NCBI GenBank assembly: GCA_003221895.1
Contig: QHUJ01000117.1
Location: 9,379-73,378, forward strand
Source: Gemmatimonadota bacterium
GTDB lineage: Bacteria; Gemmatimonadota; Gemmatimonadetes; Gemmatimonadales; GWC2-71-9
Direction: 5' to 3'
DNA length: 64,000 nt
Position numbers and translations under genes: made by a program
Notes under the pieces: model-generated
What the model was told of the DNA's origin: nothing
Database searches by the model: none
What the model saw: only the letters and a program-made list of their open reading frames with translations
In this document: piece by piece, positions 38,403-48,073 of the stretch
Numbering within the stretch: the first letter of the stretch is position 1
How the letters are laid out: every line of letters starts with the position of its first letter

Positions 38403-39797
38403 TCACAGGAGGGTTCCGCGCAGGATGATGCTCGCAAAAGTGAAGTAGATCACGAGTCCGGTCACGTCCACGAGCGTAGCGACAAACGGTGCCGACGCGC
38501 TCGCGGGGTCGAATCCCAACCGTCGCAGGATAAACGGCAGGAACGAGCCTGTCATCGTCCCAAAGGTCACCACGCCGATGAGGCTGCAGAATACCGTGAG
38601 CGCGACGAGCAGATAGTGCTTGCCGTATATGCCGGTGATCGCGTGCCAGAGCGTAATTCGCAGGAAGCCGATCACCCCCAGCACGGTCCCGAGGACCACC
38701 CCGGCGGCCAGCTCGCGGCGGATGACGCGCCACCAATCGCGCAGCGTGACTTCCCCCAAGGCCATCGCGCGGATGACGAGCGTCGACGCCTGCGATCCGG
38801 AGTTGCCACCGCTGGAAATGATGAGGGGAACGAACAGGGCGAGGATGACGGCTTTGGCAATTTCCTCTTCGAAGAACGCCATCGCCGTCGCCGTCAGCAT
38901 CTCGCCGAGGAACAACGCCGCGAGCCACCCGGCGCGTTTCCGCACCATGCGACTGAACGCGATCTTGAGGTAGGGCGCGTCCAGCGCCTCCATGCCGCCG
39001 AATTTCAGGATGTCTTCCGTCGTCTCGGCCTCGACGACATCGACGACGTCGTCGAAGGTGATGCGGCCGAGCAGTTTTCCCGTTGGATCGATCACCGGGA
39101 CGGCGGCGACGTTGTAGCGCGCCATCAGCCGGGCGACCTCTTCCTGATCCTGCTGCGGCTGGACCTGCACGATCGGCTGCTCCATGACATCATGAACGAG
39201 CTTGGTGGGAGACGACACGATCAGGCGCGCCACCGGGACGATGCCACGCAGCGTGCCGGCGCTGTCGACGGCGTATATCTGATAGAGTTGACTCTCGTCC
39301 TCCGCGCACTGGTTGCGAATCGCCTCGACTGCCTCGGCCACGGTCGCGTCGTCGCGCACGCTCACGACGTCGGTCGACATCAGTCCGCCGGCCGAGTCCT
39401 CCGGATACTTGAGCAGCTCCTCGACCTGTCTGCGATCGGTGATGTCTGCCAGTACCGCCTCGCGCTCGTCGACGGACAGTTCGGCCATGAGATCCGCCGC
39501 GTCGTCCGTCGGCATCTCTTCGACGACCTCGGCGGCATACTCCGGGCCCAGCGCGAGCAGCATTTCCTCAGGGTGTTCGACCGCTTCCATTTCGGCGAGG
39601 GCACTGCCGGCCAGCTCCCTCGGCAGCTCGGCGATGACCCGGACGCGAGTAGACTCATCGAGCGCCGACAGCACGTCCGCCAGGTCCGATGGATGGACGT
39701 TCTGCGCGCGGTGCAAGAACTCGCGGAGGTCGTCCTGCTCGGCGAGCTCCTTCAGCTCATCGAGTCGTAGGTCAGGACCTCCTGTCGGATCGCTCAC
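38403..39797 (-). CDS. mgtE: Magnesium transporter MgtE
   Basis: N-domain, a CBS pair, and a C-terminal TM domain with FVPLIISSGGNSGSQ. Confidence 0.92.
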   Translation of the reverse strand: MSDPTGGPDLRLDELKELAEQDDLREFLHRAQNVHPSDLADVLSALDESTRVRVIAELPRELAGSALAEMEAVEHPEEMLLALGPEYAAEVVEEMPTDDAADLMAELSVDEREAVLADITDRRQVEELLKYPEDSAGGLMSTDVVSVRDDATVAEAVEAIRNQCAEDESQLYQIYAVDSAGTLRGIVPVARLIVSSPTKLVHDVMEQPIVQVQPQQDQEEVARLMARYNVAAVPVIDPTGKLLGRITFDDVVDVVEAETTEDILKFGGMEALDAPYLKIAFSRMVRKRAGWLAALFLGEMLTATAMAFFEEEIAKAVILALFVPLIISSGGNSGSQASTLVIRAMALGEVTLRDWWRVIRRELAAGVVLGTVLGVIGFLRITLWHAITGIYGKHYLLVALTVFCSLIGVVTFGTMTGSFLPFILRRLGFDPASASAPFVATLVDVTGLVIYFTFASIILRGTLL

Positions 39798-41050
39798 GTT
39801 GTGCCCGCGCCCCCCGCGCCACCGGCGCCGCCTCCCGCCCCGGGTGTACTCGCTGCTGCGGCACCCAATGCAATTGTGCGGACCGGGCCCGGTCGTACGG
39901 CGACGCGCTCCACGCGCGTTGCACTCGCCGCGAGGACATCGAACTCGAGACCTTGATACGAGAAGCGCTCGCCCACGCGCGGGATGCGGCCAAGGGCCTG
40001 GAGGAGAAGGCCCCCAACCGTCTGCGCGCTTCCCGCGCCGCTCAAGCTCACGCCAAGAGACTCGGCCAGCGCGGTTGCCGCTGTGCTCCCTTCGACCTCC
40101 GCGACGGGTGTCGCAGTCGGCAACGGCGCTCCGGCGCCAAAGGTTGGGATTTCGAACAGCTCGCCGACGAGGTCCTTCAAGAGATCCTCGAATGTGATGA
40201 GGCCCGCCGTTCCACCGAATTCGTCGAGCACGACGGCAAGGTGCAATCCGCCCCGCTGCATCTCGAGCATCAAATCGGCAGCGCGCTTGCTCCCCGGAAC
40301 GGTCAGCGGCGGCCCCACCAATACGGGGTCTTCAGGCTGGCGACCCAGCAAATCGAGGGTGTGCGCCACTCCTACGACCTGATCGAGCGAGCCACGGTAT
40401 ACCGGGTACCGGCTGAATCCGGATTGCTGCAAGACGTGGGCAGCTTCGGCAGCCAGCATTCCTTCTGGAAACGCCACGATCTCGGTGCGCGGCGCCATCA
40501 GCTCCCGCACGGGACGGTCGGCGAAGGCCAGCACACCGGAGACCACCGCCATCTCGTCAGTACCGGCCAATGCGTCGGTGTCGGCACTCGTGAGCAACGC
40601 GGCCAAGGTCGTGCGAGTCGAGACTTCGCGACGCGGAATGAAAGGCCACAGTACCGTGCTCACACGTTCCATCCACGGCACCGCCCTCCTCACCAGAGAC
40701 TCCGCCCAGCGCCGGCCCAACACGCGCGGCACGAGGTAGGCGGCACTGATGAACAGCGGTACACCCACCGCCAGGGTGAAGATGCCCAGGAACGTGGGGG
40801 TCGTCGCGACGAGCAGCGCGGGGATCGCCCCGGCGGCGAGCAACACCCCCAGGGTCGTCAGGGTGTTGGCGGTGGCGAGCGTGCGTCCCGGATTCTGCAA
40901 CAGGCTGGCCGTCGCGGCCGAGCCGCGCAGCTTGTAGGCCACCCAGCGGGTGAGCTCGTGCTGGCTCACGGTAGCGGCGGCCACGCCGACCGCGGCCGAA
41001 ATGCCGGCGACCAGCAGGCCGAGCAGCAGGACGATCAGCGCGACACTCAT
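39794..41050 (-). CDS. CNNM/CorC-HlyC family protein (DUF21-CBS-CorC_HlyC)
   Basis: N-terminal TM DUF21 region, CBS pair, VVLDEFGGTAGLITFEDLL and a transporter-associated C-domain. Gly/Ala-rich tail. Confidence 0.85.
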   Translation of the reverse strand: MSVALIVLLLGLLVAGISAAVGVAAATVSQHELTRWVAYKLRGSAATASLLQNPGRTLATANTLTTLGVLLAAGAIPALLVATTPTFLGIFTLAVGVPLFISAAYLVPRVLGRRWAESLVRRAVPWMERVSTVLWPFIPRREVSTRTTLAALLTSADTDALAGTDEMAVVSGVLAFADRPVRELMAPRTEIVAFPEGMLAAEAAHVLQQSGFSRYPVYRGSLDQVVGVAHTLDLLGRQPEDPVLVGPPLTVPGSKRAADLMLEMQRGGLHLAVVLDEFGGTAGLITFEDLLKDLVGELFEIPTFGAGAPLPTATPVAEVEGSTAATALAESLGVSLSGAGSAQTVGGLLLQALGRIPRVGERFSYQGLEFDVLAASATRVERVAVRPGPVRTIALGAAAASTPGAGGGAGGAGGAGTT

Positions 41051-42222
41051 TGTTTCTCGAACGACACCTGGGTCACGCGTGTTTGGTCCACGCGCTCGAC
41101 GACGACGCGATGGCCGTCGATCGTCAATTGATCACCGGCGCGGGGCACGCGCCCCAGCACCGAATAAACGAGCCCGCCGACGGTGGAGACCTCCGCGTGC
41201 GCAAATGTGGCTCCGAGTGCGGTCGACAGCTCGTCGAGACTCACCCGTCCGTCGACCCAGACACGCGCGCCGTCGCGCCGAATCGCCGGTGCAGTCTCCG
41301 TATCGTGCTCGTCGCGGATCTCGCCGACGATCTCCTCGAGGATGTCCTCGCGGGTGATCAGACCGGACGTGCCGCCGAACTCGTCGACGACGATCGCGAT
41401 GTGAGCGGGCGTGGTCTGAAAGTCGCGCAGCTGATTATCGAGCGTCTTGGTTTCGGGGACGAACGCCGCCGGGCGTACCAACGTCTGCCAGCGCGTTCCC
41501 CGCTCGGCGAGACCCATCGCGATCGGCACGAGGTCCTTGCCGAACACGACGCCCGCGACGTTGTCGGGTGACCCATCCAGCACCGGCAGGCGGGTGTGCT
41601 GGCTCTGGCGGATCGCCTCGAGGACCTCGTCGTTCGACGCGCTGATATCCACGCTCGCCATGTCGAGGCGAGACGTCATGACCTCATCGACGGTCGTGTC
41701 GGCGAGCGTGAACACCCCGAGCAGCATGTCGCGTTGCGCGACGCCGAGGGAGGGTTGCAGCGGGCGCGGCGTTTCGACCAGGGTGTGCAGGCCGCGATCC
41801 GCCCACGCCAGCAGCCAGAGCAGCGGGCCGAACGGCGCGAGCGTGCGGCGCGCGAGCGGCAGCGCGGCGTCGGACAGCTCGGGCGCCAGGCGGGCGACGC
41901 TGCGCGGGAGCGCGTCCCCCGTGATGAACAGCAGCAGCGTGCTGACGATGAGCGCGATCAGCGCGGCGGCCCACGGTCGCGTCCACCAGGCGACGGCGTT
42001 CGCCGTGGCCACGGCGCCGAGCACGAGGAGCGCCAGCCGGCCGACGTGAAGGGCGCGGTGCAAGGGCACGCGGCGTTCGGCGGCTATCGGTGGCGCATCG
42101 CCGAGCGTATGCAACGCTTCGCCGACCGCCGCCTCCTCGGCGAGTGCCAGGAGTGCGGCCCAGACTGCGGCCGTCAGGGCCACGACCAGCCCGGTGACTC
42201 TCAGCGCGGCTTCGGTGAGCAT
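41047..42222 (-). CDS. CNNM/CorC-HlyC family protein (second paralogue)
   Basis: Same architecture (IVVDEFGGTSGLITREDILEEIVGEI). Start moved to ATG 42222, which abuts the ybeY stop (TGATG). Confidence 0.85.
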   Translation of the reverse strand: MLTEAALRVTGLVVALTAAVWAALLALAEEAAVGEALHTLGDAPPIAAERRVPLHRALHVGRLALLVLGAVATANAVAWWTRPWAAALIALIVSTLLLFITGDALPRSVARLAPELSDAALPLARRTLAPFGPLLWLLAWADRGLHTLVETPRPLQPSLGVAQRDMLLGVFTLADTTVDEVMTSRLDMASVDISASNDEVLEAIRQSQHTRLPVLDGSPDNVAGVVFGKDLVPIAMGLAERGTRWQTLVRPAAFVPETKTLDNQLRDFQTTPAHIAIVVDEFGGTSGLITREDILEEIVGEIRDEHDTETAPAIRRDGARVWVDGRVSLDELSTALGATFAHAEVSTVGGLVYSVLGRVPRAGDQLTIDGHRVVVERVDQTRVTQVSFEKQ

Positions 42223-42644
42223 CAGCGGCTGCGGCGCAGGCGGCGCACGTACCGCTCCTGGCGGCGCCACATCAGGGAACGCGTGCGCCCGGCGCCTTCG
42301 GGATGATCGTAGCCGAGCACGTGCAGCGTGCCATGGACGGCGAGCCGGACGAGCTCTTCGCCGAGCGTGACGCCGTTCTCTGCCGCGCGGGCCGCGGCCT
42401 CGGGGCAGATGTAGACGTCACCACACACGCGGCCATCCGGTTGGGGCAACGGGTAGGCGATCACGTCGGTGAGACCACGCCGTCCGGTGGCGCGGCGATT
42501 CAGGTGGCGCATGCGCGGGGCCGACAGCAACGTGATGTCCACGTGCGAATTTGCCGGCGCGTGCTCCCATGCCAACACTCGTTGCGCGACACGCCCGAGG
42601 CTAGCGCGCCGTCGCGGGTTGCCAGGTCGCGCCAATGCCGCCAC
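42222..42644 (-). CDS. ybeY: rRNA maturation endoribonuclease YbeY; start ambiguous
   Basis: HGTLHVLGYDH zinc motif and TDVIAYP. Candidate GTG starts at 42692, 42644 and 42578; 42644 gives a typical 140 aa. Confidence 0.8.
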   Translation of the reverse strand: MAALARPGNPRRRASLGRVAQRVLAWEHAPANSHVDITLLSAPRMRHLNRRATGRRGLTDVIAYPLPQPDGRVCGDVYICPEAAARAAENGVTLGEELVRLAVHGTLHVLGYDHPEGAGRTRSLMWRRQERYVRRLRRSR

Positions 42645-44769
42645 TGGACTCCGGGTAATCGATGCGGTTGTGGTACATCCCGCTGAGCACACGCAGGAAC
42701 GCCTGTTTCACTTGCTCGATCTGTTGCAGCGTGAGCGGCGCCTCATCGAGCTGGCCGGCGTTCACCTTGGTCCGCACGATGTGGTCGATCGCTTCTTCGA
42801 TTTTCTGCGGCGTCAGATCCTCGAGCACCCGCAGCGCGGCCTCGACCGAATCGGCGATCATCGCGATCGCCGTCTCCATGGAGCGCGGCCGGGGACCAGG
42901 ATACATGAAGTCCTCGGGATTCCGCGGCTGGCCGCCGTCGGTCTTCTTCGCTTTGTCGAGGAAATAGGTGATCTCGCTCGTCCCGTGATGCTCGGGAATG
43001 AAGGCCGCGACCGAATCGGGCAGCTGGGCCTCCGCCGCGAGCGCGAGGCCGTCGGTCACATGCGCTTTGATGATCAGCGCCGACTGCAGGGGCTTGAGGC
43101 GGTCGTGCGGATTGTTGCCGCGAATCTGATTCTCCACGAAGTACATCGGGTTTTTCACCTTGCCGACATCGTGATAGTAGCAGCCGACGCGCCCCAGCAG
43201 TCCGTTCGCGCCGATGCGATTGCACGCCGCCTCCACCAGGTTGGCCATCGCGACGCTGTGCGCGTACGTGCCCGGCGCTTCGAGCGACAAGCGGCGCAGC
43301 AGCGGCCGGCTCGGGTCGGAGAGCTCCAGCAGCGTCAGGTCGGTGGTGATGTGCGTGACCGACTCGGCGACAGGAAGCAGGAAGAATGTCAGGCCGGCAG
43401 AGACGAGGCCGTTCACGGCGCCCAGCAGGCCGCGCAGCGCGATCTCCTCGATGGGCCAGCCGCTCGCGAGTCCCAACGCGAGGGCGCCAGCGAGGTACCC
43501 GCCAGCGACGATCAGCACCGGCGCGTAGAAATTGCTGCGGCTGCGCAGTGTCCGGACGGAGAGCGCGGCCGCCTCGCCGCCGATGAGACAGAGGAACAGG
43601 GCCGGGACGTCGTGGAAGACGGGCTGCAGGCCTACCACCACCGCGAGAATCATCGCCGCGATCATGGAGACCCGACCGTTGAACAGCACGGTCATCATCA
43701 TCGCGACAAATGGCATGAACACGATTTCCGGGTGCGTGGGATACGAGCGCGCCACGATGCCGGCCTGAAGCAGCAGCACCGAAAACAACCCGGCGATCAG
43801 CGCCACCTGGCGCGGGTCGCGGTACGTCTCGCGGCGGTAGAACAGCAACAGCACCCAGAAAATCGAGAGGATCAGCATGTCGCGCAGCAGGGGGCCCACG
43901 ACGCCACGGATCGAATACGTCGTCGCGGCGCCGCGGCGCAGCAGCTCCTGGTGGAGCGCGACCAGCCGCTCGTGCGTGTCGTTCGTCACGACTTCATTGG
44001 GCGCCACGATGCGGTCACCGGCACGGACGATGTACTTGCTCGGATCGACGCTGCCGCGCAGCTCGTTGCGGCGGCGCTCCGTCTCGGCCTGGTTGAGGGT
44101 CAGCGTGGGCCGAAAGAACTGGCGGGCGAGCTTGAGATACAGTACGTCGGCGACGCTCGAGCTGGGATCCGGGTTCAACTGCTTCGCGCGATTGAGGTAC
44201 TGACCCCACGTGAGCACCTGATCCCGCTGCACTGAGGACTCGGTCGAGCCGCGGCGCACGATCAGCTCGCGCGATTGCTCGACCTGCAGCACCCCCGGTC
44301 CCGTTACCCCCTGGGCGAGCGTCCGATCGAACAGCTTCTCCAGCGCCTGCTGCAGCGGGCGCCGTTTGCCGTTCTTCGCGAGATAGGATGCCTCCTGCGG
44401 GGTGAGCGGCACACCGAAATCAGCCGCCGCGTGGGTGATCGCCTGCGTATTCTGATCAGCATCCACCGCGCTGAAGAACGCCGCCATAGTGGTCGCGCTG
44501 CTGTCATACACGCGTTGCCGGAATTCGTAGATCGGTTTGGCGGACGCGGCAAGCTCTTCCGATTCGCGCTGCAACTCGTCTTCCGACTTGTTCACGACGA
44601 AGTTGAAGGGCGCGATGATTTCCTTGTCGGCGCGCGCGCCGGGCTCGAGCAGCGGCGCGACGTCGGCCGCGCTGGATGGGAACGCGGCGTGCGCCACGAG
44701 TGCCATGAACGGCACCCATATCCAGCGCGCGGCGTGATACCGCACCCGATCGCGGGCGGGGAGGTTCAT
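42601..44769 (-). CDS. 7TM-receptor / HD-domain (HDIG) membrane phosphohydrolase (YqfF/PgpH-like)
   Basis: Extracellular N-domain, seven hydrophobic helices, then an HD domain (HSVAMANL...YYHDVGK...EHHG). Confidence 0.85.
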   Translation of the reverse strand: MNLPARDRVRYHAARWIWVPFMALVAHAAFPSSAADVAPLLEPGARADKEIIAPFNFVVNKSEDELQRESEELAASAKPIYEFRQRVYDSSATTMAAFFSAVDADQNTQAITHAAADFGVPLTPQEASYLAKNGKRRPLQQALEKLFDRTLAQGVTGPGVLQVEQSRELIVRRGSTESSVQRDQVLTWGQYLNRAKQLNPDPSSSVADVLYLKLARQFFRPTLTLNQAETERRRNELRGSVDPSKYIVRAGDRIVAPNEVVTNDTHERLVALHQELLRRGAATTYSIRGVVGPLLRDMLILSIFWVLLLFYRRETYRDPRQVALIAGLFSVLLLQAGIVARSYPTHPEIVFMPFVAMMMTVLFNGRVSMIAAMILAVVVGLQPVFHDVPALFLCLIGGEAAALSVRTLRSRSNFYAPVLIVAGGYLAGALALGLASGWPIEEIALRGLLGAVNGLVSAGLTFFLLPVAESVTHITTDLTLLELSDPSRPLLRRLSLEAPGTYAHSVAMANLVEAACNRIGANGLLGRVGCYYHDVGKVKNPMYFVENQIRGNNPHDRLKPLQSALIIKAHVTDGLALAAEAQLPDSVAAFIPEHHGTSEITYFLDKAKKTDGGQPRNPEDFMYPGPRPRSMETAIAMIADSVEAALRVLEDLTPQKIEEAIDHIVRTKVNAGQLDEAPLTLQQIEQVKQAFLRVLSGMYHNRIDYPESSGGIGATWQPATAR

Positions 44770-45726
44770 CTAACCCTGCGCATCCTCGGCGTAGGCGCGG
44801 ATGATGTCGCGCACCAGCCGGTGGCGCACGACATCGGTGTCCCCGAGATAGACGAACCCGATGCCTTCGATCCCCGGCAGAATGCGCTCGACTTGCAACA
44901 GCCCCGAGTCCTCGCGGATCGGCAGGTCGATCTGGGTCTTGTCGCCCGTGATCACGGCGCGGGAGTTCACGCCCAGGCGGGTCAGAAACATCTTCATCTG
45001 CATCCCGGTCGCGTTTTGCGCTTCGTCGAGAATCACGAACGCGTCGTTCAGCGTGCGCCCGCGCATATAGGCCAGCGGCGCGATCTCGATGGTGCGGGTC
45101 TCGAGCGCCTTTTGCACCCGCTCGCGCGGCATCATGTCTTCCAGCGCGTCGTAGAGCGGCCGCAGGTACGGGTCGACTTTTTCCTGCAGGTCGCCCGGCA
45201 GAAAGCCGAGGTTTTCGCCGGCTTCCACGGCAGGCCGGGCCAGGATGATGCGCCGCACCCGTTTGCGCGCGAGCGCATCGATGGCCGCCGCGACCGCGAG
45301 ATACGTCTTCCCCGTTCCCGCCGGTCCGATGCCGATGACGATGTCGTGCTCGGCGATCGAACGGAGGTACTCGCGCTGCCCCGCGGTCTTCGGCTGGATC
45401 ACGCGCCGCAGGCCGGGGAGGATGATCTTGACGGGGTCCGCAGGCGGCCGCACGCCGTCGCCCCCCGCTTCTTCGGTGACCAGGCGCTCGACGTCGTGCA
45501 CGTCGAGGTTCTCCCCCATACGCGCCAGATCGATCAGCGCCTGCGCTACGGAACCGGCACGCTCGATCGCAGCGGCGGGGCCGGCCAGCGACAAGCTGTC
45601 ACCCCGCAACGAGACCCGCACGCCCAGCCGGCGCGCCAGCTCCAGCAGATTCGCATCGTTCACGCCGGCCAACGCCAGCGGATCTACGCCTTCCACAGAG
45701 AGCCGGTGGACGACGTCATCGCTCAT
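44770..45726 (-). CDS. phoH: PhoH-like ATPase (YbeZ)
   Basis: Walker A GPAGTGKTYLAVAAA, VILDEAQN and the typical ~320 aa. Precedes the 7TM-HD and ybeY genes. Confidence 0.92.
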   Translation of the reverse strand: MSDDVVHRLSVEGVDPLALAGVNDANLLELARRLGVRVSLRGDSLSLAGPAAAIERAGSVAQALIDLARMGENLDVHDVERLVTEEAGGDGVRPPADPVKIILPGLRRVIQPKTAGQREYLRSIAEHDIVIGIGPAGTGKTYLAVAAAIDALARKRVRRIILARPAVEAGENLGFLPGDLQEKVDPYLRPLYDALEDMMPRERVQKALETRTIEIAPLAYMRGRTLNDAFVILDEAQNATGMQMKMFLTRLGVNSRAVITGDKTQIDLPIREDSGLLQVERILPGIEGIGFVYLGDTDVVRHRLVRDIIRAYAEDAQG

Positions 45727-47486
45727 GGCACCACCTTGATGTGAAGAGCGGCGAGGTCCTCGGGCCGCGCCGGGGCCGGTGCGCCTTCAAACAGCGCCCG
45801 TGCCGCAGTCGTTTTCGGAAAAGCAATGACGTCACGCAGCGAACCCGCGCCCGCGATCAGCATCGCGGTGCGATCGAAGCCCACCGCAAAGCCGCCGTGC
45901 GGCGGCGCGCCTGCGGCCAACGCGGTGAGCAGGAAGCCGAAGCGCGCCTCGATCTCAGCGGGCGCCAGGCCGAGGTGCCGGAATACGGTGCGCTGCACCG
46001 CGGGATCGGTGATGCGGATGGAGCCCGAGCCCAGCTCGTGGCCGTTGTAGACCGCGTCGTAATGCAGCGCCCGGCAGGCGAACGGCTCGCTGTCGAGCTT
46101 CCGCACGTCTTCCGGATGGGGAGCGGTGAAGGGATGGTGCGCGAACACGGGCTTCCCGGTCTCCGGATCGGGCTCGAACAACGGGAAGTCGACGACCCAG
46201 CAGAACGCATGGGCCAGCTTGGGCGCTGGAGCGAGCCGCCGGATGACTTCCTGCCGCACTTTGTCGAGCGCGGGCGACGTCACGCGGTCGGGGCCCACGG
46301 TGATCAACGCGACATCGCCATCACCCACGCCGAGCCGGCCGAGCGCCTCGGCCGTGAAGTGCTTGCCGACCGAGCCGGAGAGCTGCTCGCCCTGGCGCTT
46401 CACCCACGCGAGGCCCGGCGCGCCATGGGTCTTGGCGGTTGCGGTGAGCTGATCGACGTCCTTGCGAGAGAGCGTTCCCCCGCCGCGCACCGCGATGCCT
46501 CTCACGCGGGACCCGTTCGTGGTGTTCTGGAAGAACGGCACGGCGAGCGGCTGGACCTGCGTCGTCCAATCGACGATCGGGAAGTCGTAGCGCAGATCGG
46601 GCTTGTCGGTACCGTAGCGCTCCAGCGCTTCGCGCCAGGTCAGTCGCGCGAACGACCGCGGAATCGTGTGGCCGGCCTCGTCCCACAGCGCCACCAGCAC
46701 GTGCTCGACGAAGCCGATGACGTCTTCCTGCGTGACAAACGACGCCTCGATGTCGATCTGCGAAAACTCGGGCTGCCGGTCGAAACGCAGGTCCTCGTCG
46801 CGGAAACAGCGCGCGATCTGGAAGTAGCGGTCGAACCCCGACACCATCAGCAGCTGCTTGTAGATCTGCGGCGACTGGGGCAGCGCGTAGCACTCCCCCG
46901 CATGGACTCGGGACGGGACGAGGTAGTCCCGCGCGCCTTCCGGCGTCGGCTTGGTGAGGATCGGCGTTTCGATCTCGAGAAAATCGAGCTCGGAGAGCGC
47001 ACGTCGCGCACGCTGCAGCAAGCGATGCCGGAGGATCAGATTCGCCTGCAGCTCGGGGCGGCGCAGATCGAGATGGCGATACTTGAGACGCAGCTCCTCG
47101 GCCGGCAGCTCTTCTCCCTTGCCGCGCGCGACCGGAATCGCCGGTGTCTCGGCGGGGCCCACAACCTTCAGGCTCGTTGCGTGGACCTCGACATCGCCGG
47201 TCGCGAGCTCGGCGTTGCGCATCGCGGTGGGGCGGGCCACGACCTCACCCTCGACGGTGAGCACCGCTTCGGACGCGGCGGTTTGCGCGAGGGCCAGCGT
47301 ATCGGCGGACGCCCATCCTGGTCCGACCGCCACCTGAACGATCCCGTCGCGATCGCGGAGGTCGAGGAAGACGATTCCTCCCAGATCGCGGCGCCGGTTG
47401 ACCCACCCCCCCAGTCGCACGCGCTGCCCGATGTGTTCGGTCCGTAATGCGCCGCAGCGGTGAGTTCGCAGGGTTGTCCGAGTCAC
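45723..47486 (-). CDS. aspS: Aspartate--tRNA ligase
   Basis: OB-fold N-terminus GWVNRRRDLGGIVFLDLRDRDG; class II motifs FRDEDLRFDRQPEF and GGFAVGFDR. Confidence 0.95.
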   Translation of the reverse strand: MTRTTLRTHRCGALRTEHIGQRVRLGGWVNRRRDLGGIVFLDLRDRDGIVQVAVGPGWASADTLALAQTAASEAVLTVEGEVVARPTAMRNAELATGDVEVHATSLKVVGPAETPAIPVARGKGEELPAEELRLKYRHLDLRRPELQANLILRHRLLQRARRALSELDFLEIETPILTKPTPEGARDYLVPSRVHAGECYALPQSPQIYKQLLMVSGFDRYFQIARCFRDEDLRFDRQPEFSQIDIEASFVTQEDVIGFVEHVLVALWDEAGHTIPRSFARLTWREALERYGTDKPDLRYDFPIVDWTTQVQPLAVPFFQNTTNGSRVRGIAVRGGGTLSRKDVDQLTATAKTHGAPGLAWVKRQGEQLSGSVGKHFTAEALGRLGVGDGDVALITVGPDRVTSPALDKVRQEVIRRLAPAPKLAHAFCWVVDFPLFEPDPETGKPVFAHHPFTAPHPEDVRKLDSEPFACRALHYDAVYNGHELGSGSIRITDPAVQRTVFRHLGLAPAEIEARFGFLLTALAAGAPPHGGFAVGFDRTAMLIAGAGSLRDVIAFPKTTAARALFEGAPAPARPEDLAALHIKVVP

Positions 47487-47494
47487 ACTGGCGT

Positions 47495-47992
47495 CTATGC
47501 TGCTCCTCCCCTCTCAGCGTCACACAGAATCCGGTAGAACTCTTCCCCAGATTGCGCGGCCAGTAGCCGGGCGCGCATCGGCTCGCGGCGCACGAGGCGC
47601 GAGATGCGGCTCAAGGCCTTCACGTGCGCCCCGGCCTGCGACTCCGGGCCCGCCAACAGGAAAAACAACCGGACGGGCTCGCCATCCACTGTTTCATACG
47701 GCACCGGCGACGGAGTCGTCCCCGCGACCGCCAGGAGATTGGGGAGCGCCGGCGTCTTGCCATGCGGAACCGCCACGCCGTAGCCAATACCGGTCGGGAA
47801 CTGCCGCTCCCGCTCCAGCACGGCTTGAAACACGTCCTCTACTCCCGCTCCCCACATAGCGTTACCGAGACCCGGCCCAGCTCCATTCCCATCCACGAGG
47901 AGCTCGACCAGTTCGCGCAGCACGCCCTCCTTACTGTGGGCCAGTAATGGTACCCGAATGCGATCGGGCGTGAGCAGTTCTGTCAGCCGCAA
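47495..47992 (-). CDS. ptsN: PTS EIIA-Ntr-like regulatory protein (PtsN); start uncertain
   Basis: FPTGIGYGVAVPHGK (phospho-His region) and LTPDRIRVPLLAHSKEGVLRELVELL. TTG 47992 gives 165 aa. The track's start at 48079 would overlap the divergent gene. Confidence 0.7.
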   Translation of the reverse strand: MRLTELLTPDRIRVPLLAHSKEGVLRELVELLVDGNGAGPGLGNAMWGAGVEDVFQAVLERERQFPTGIGYGVAVPHGKTPALPNLLAVAGTTPSPVPYETVDGEPVRLFFLLAGPESQAGAHVKALSRISRLVRREPMRARLLAAQSGEEFYRILCDAERGGAA

Positions 47993-48029
47993 TGGAATAG
48001 GTCCAAGTGCCGTAACCGATTGAAGATAG

Positions 48030-48045
48030 TTGACTTGAGTTGACT
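48030..48045 (+). promoter_or_regulatory. Tandem TTGACT -35-like boxes in a divergent promoter region
   Basis: AGTTGACTTGAGTTGACT: two TTGACT hexamers 10 bp apart, 29-44 nt upstream of ATG 48074. The only -10 candidate is weak (TAAACG, 48062-67). Confidence 0.3.
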
Positions 48046-48073
48046 GCGCCACGGCCCCGAGTAAACGTTCTGC

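Noticed and set aside
42601-45726. The PhoH ATPase plus HD-domain membrane protein as a possible defence or stress island.
   Set aside because: The order phoH-(7TM-HD)-ybeY-corC matches the conserved housekeeping ybeZYX-type cluster and is flanked by aspS and mgtE. Nothing suggests horizontal acquisition.
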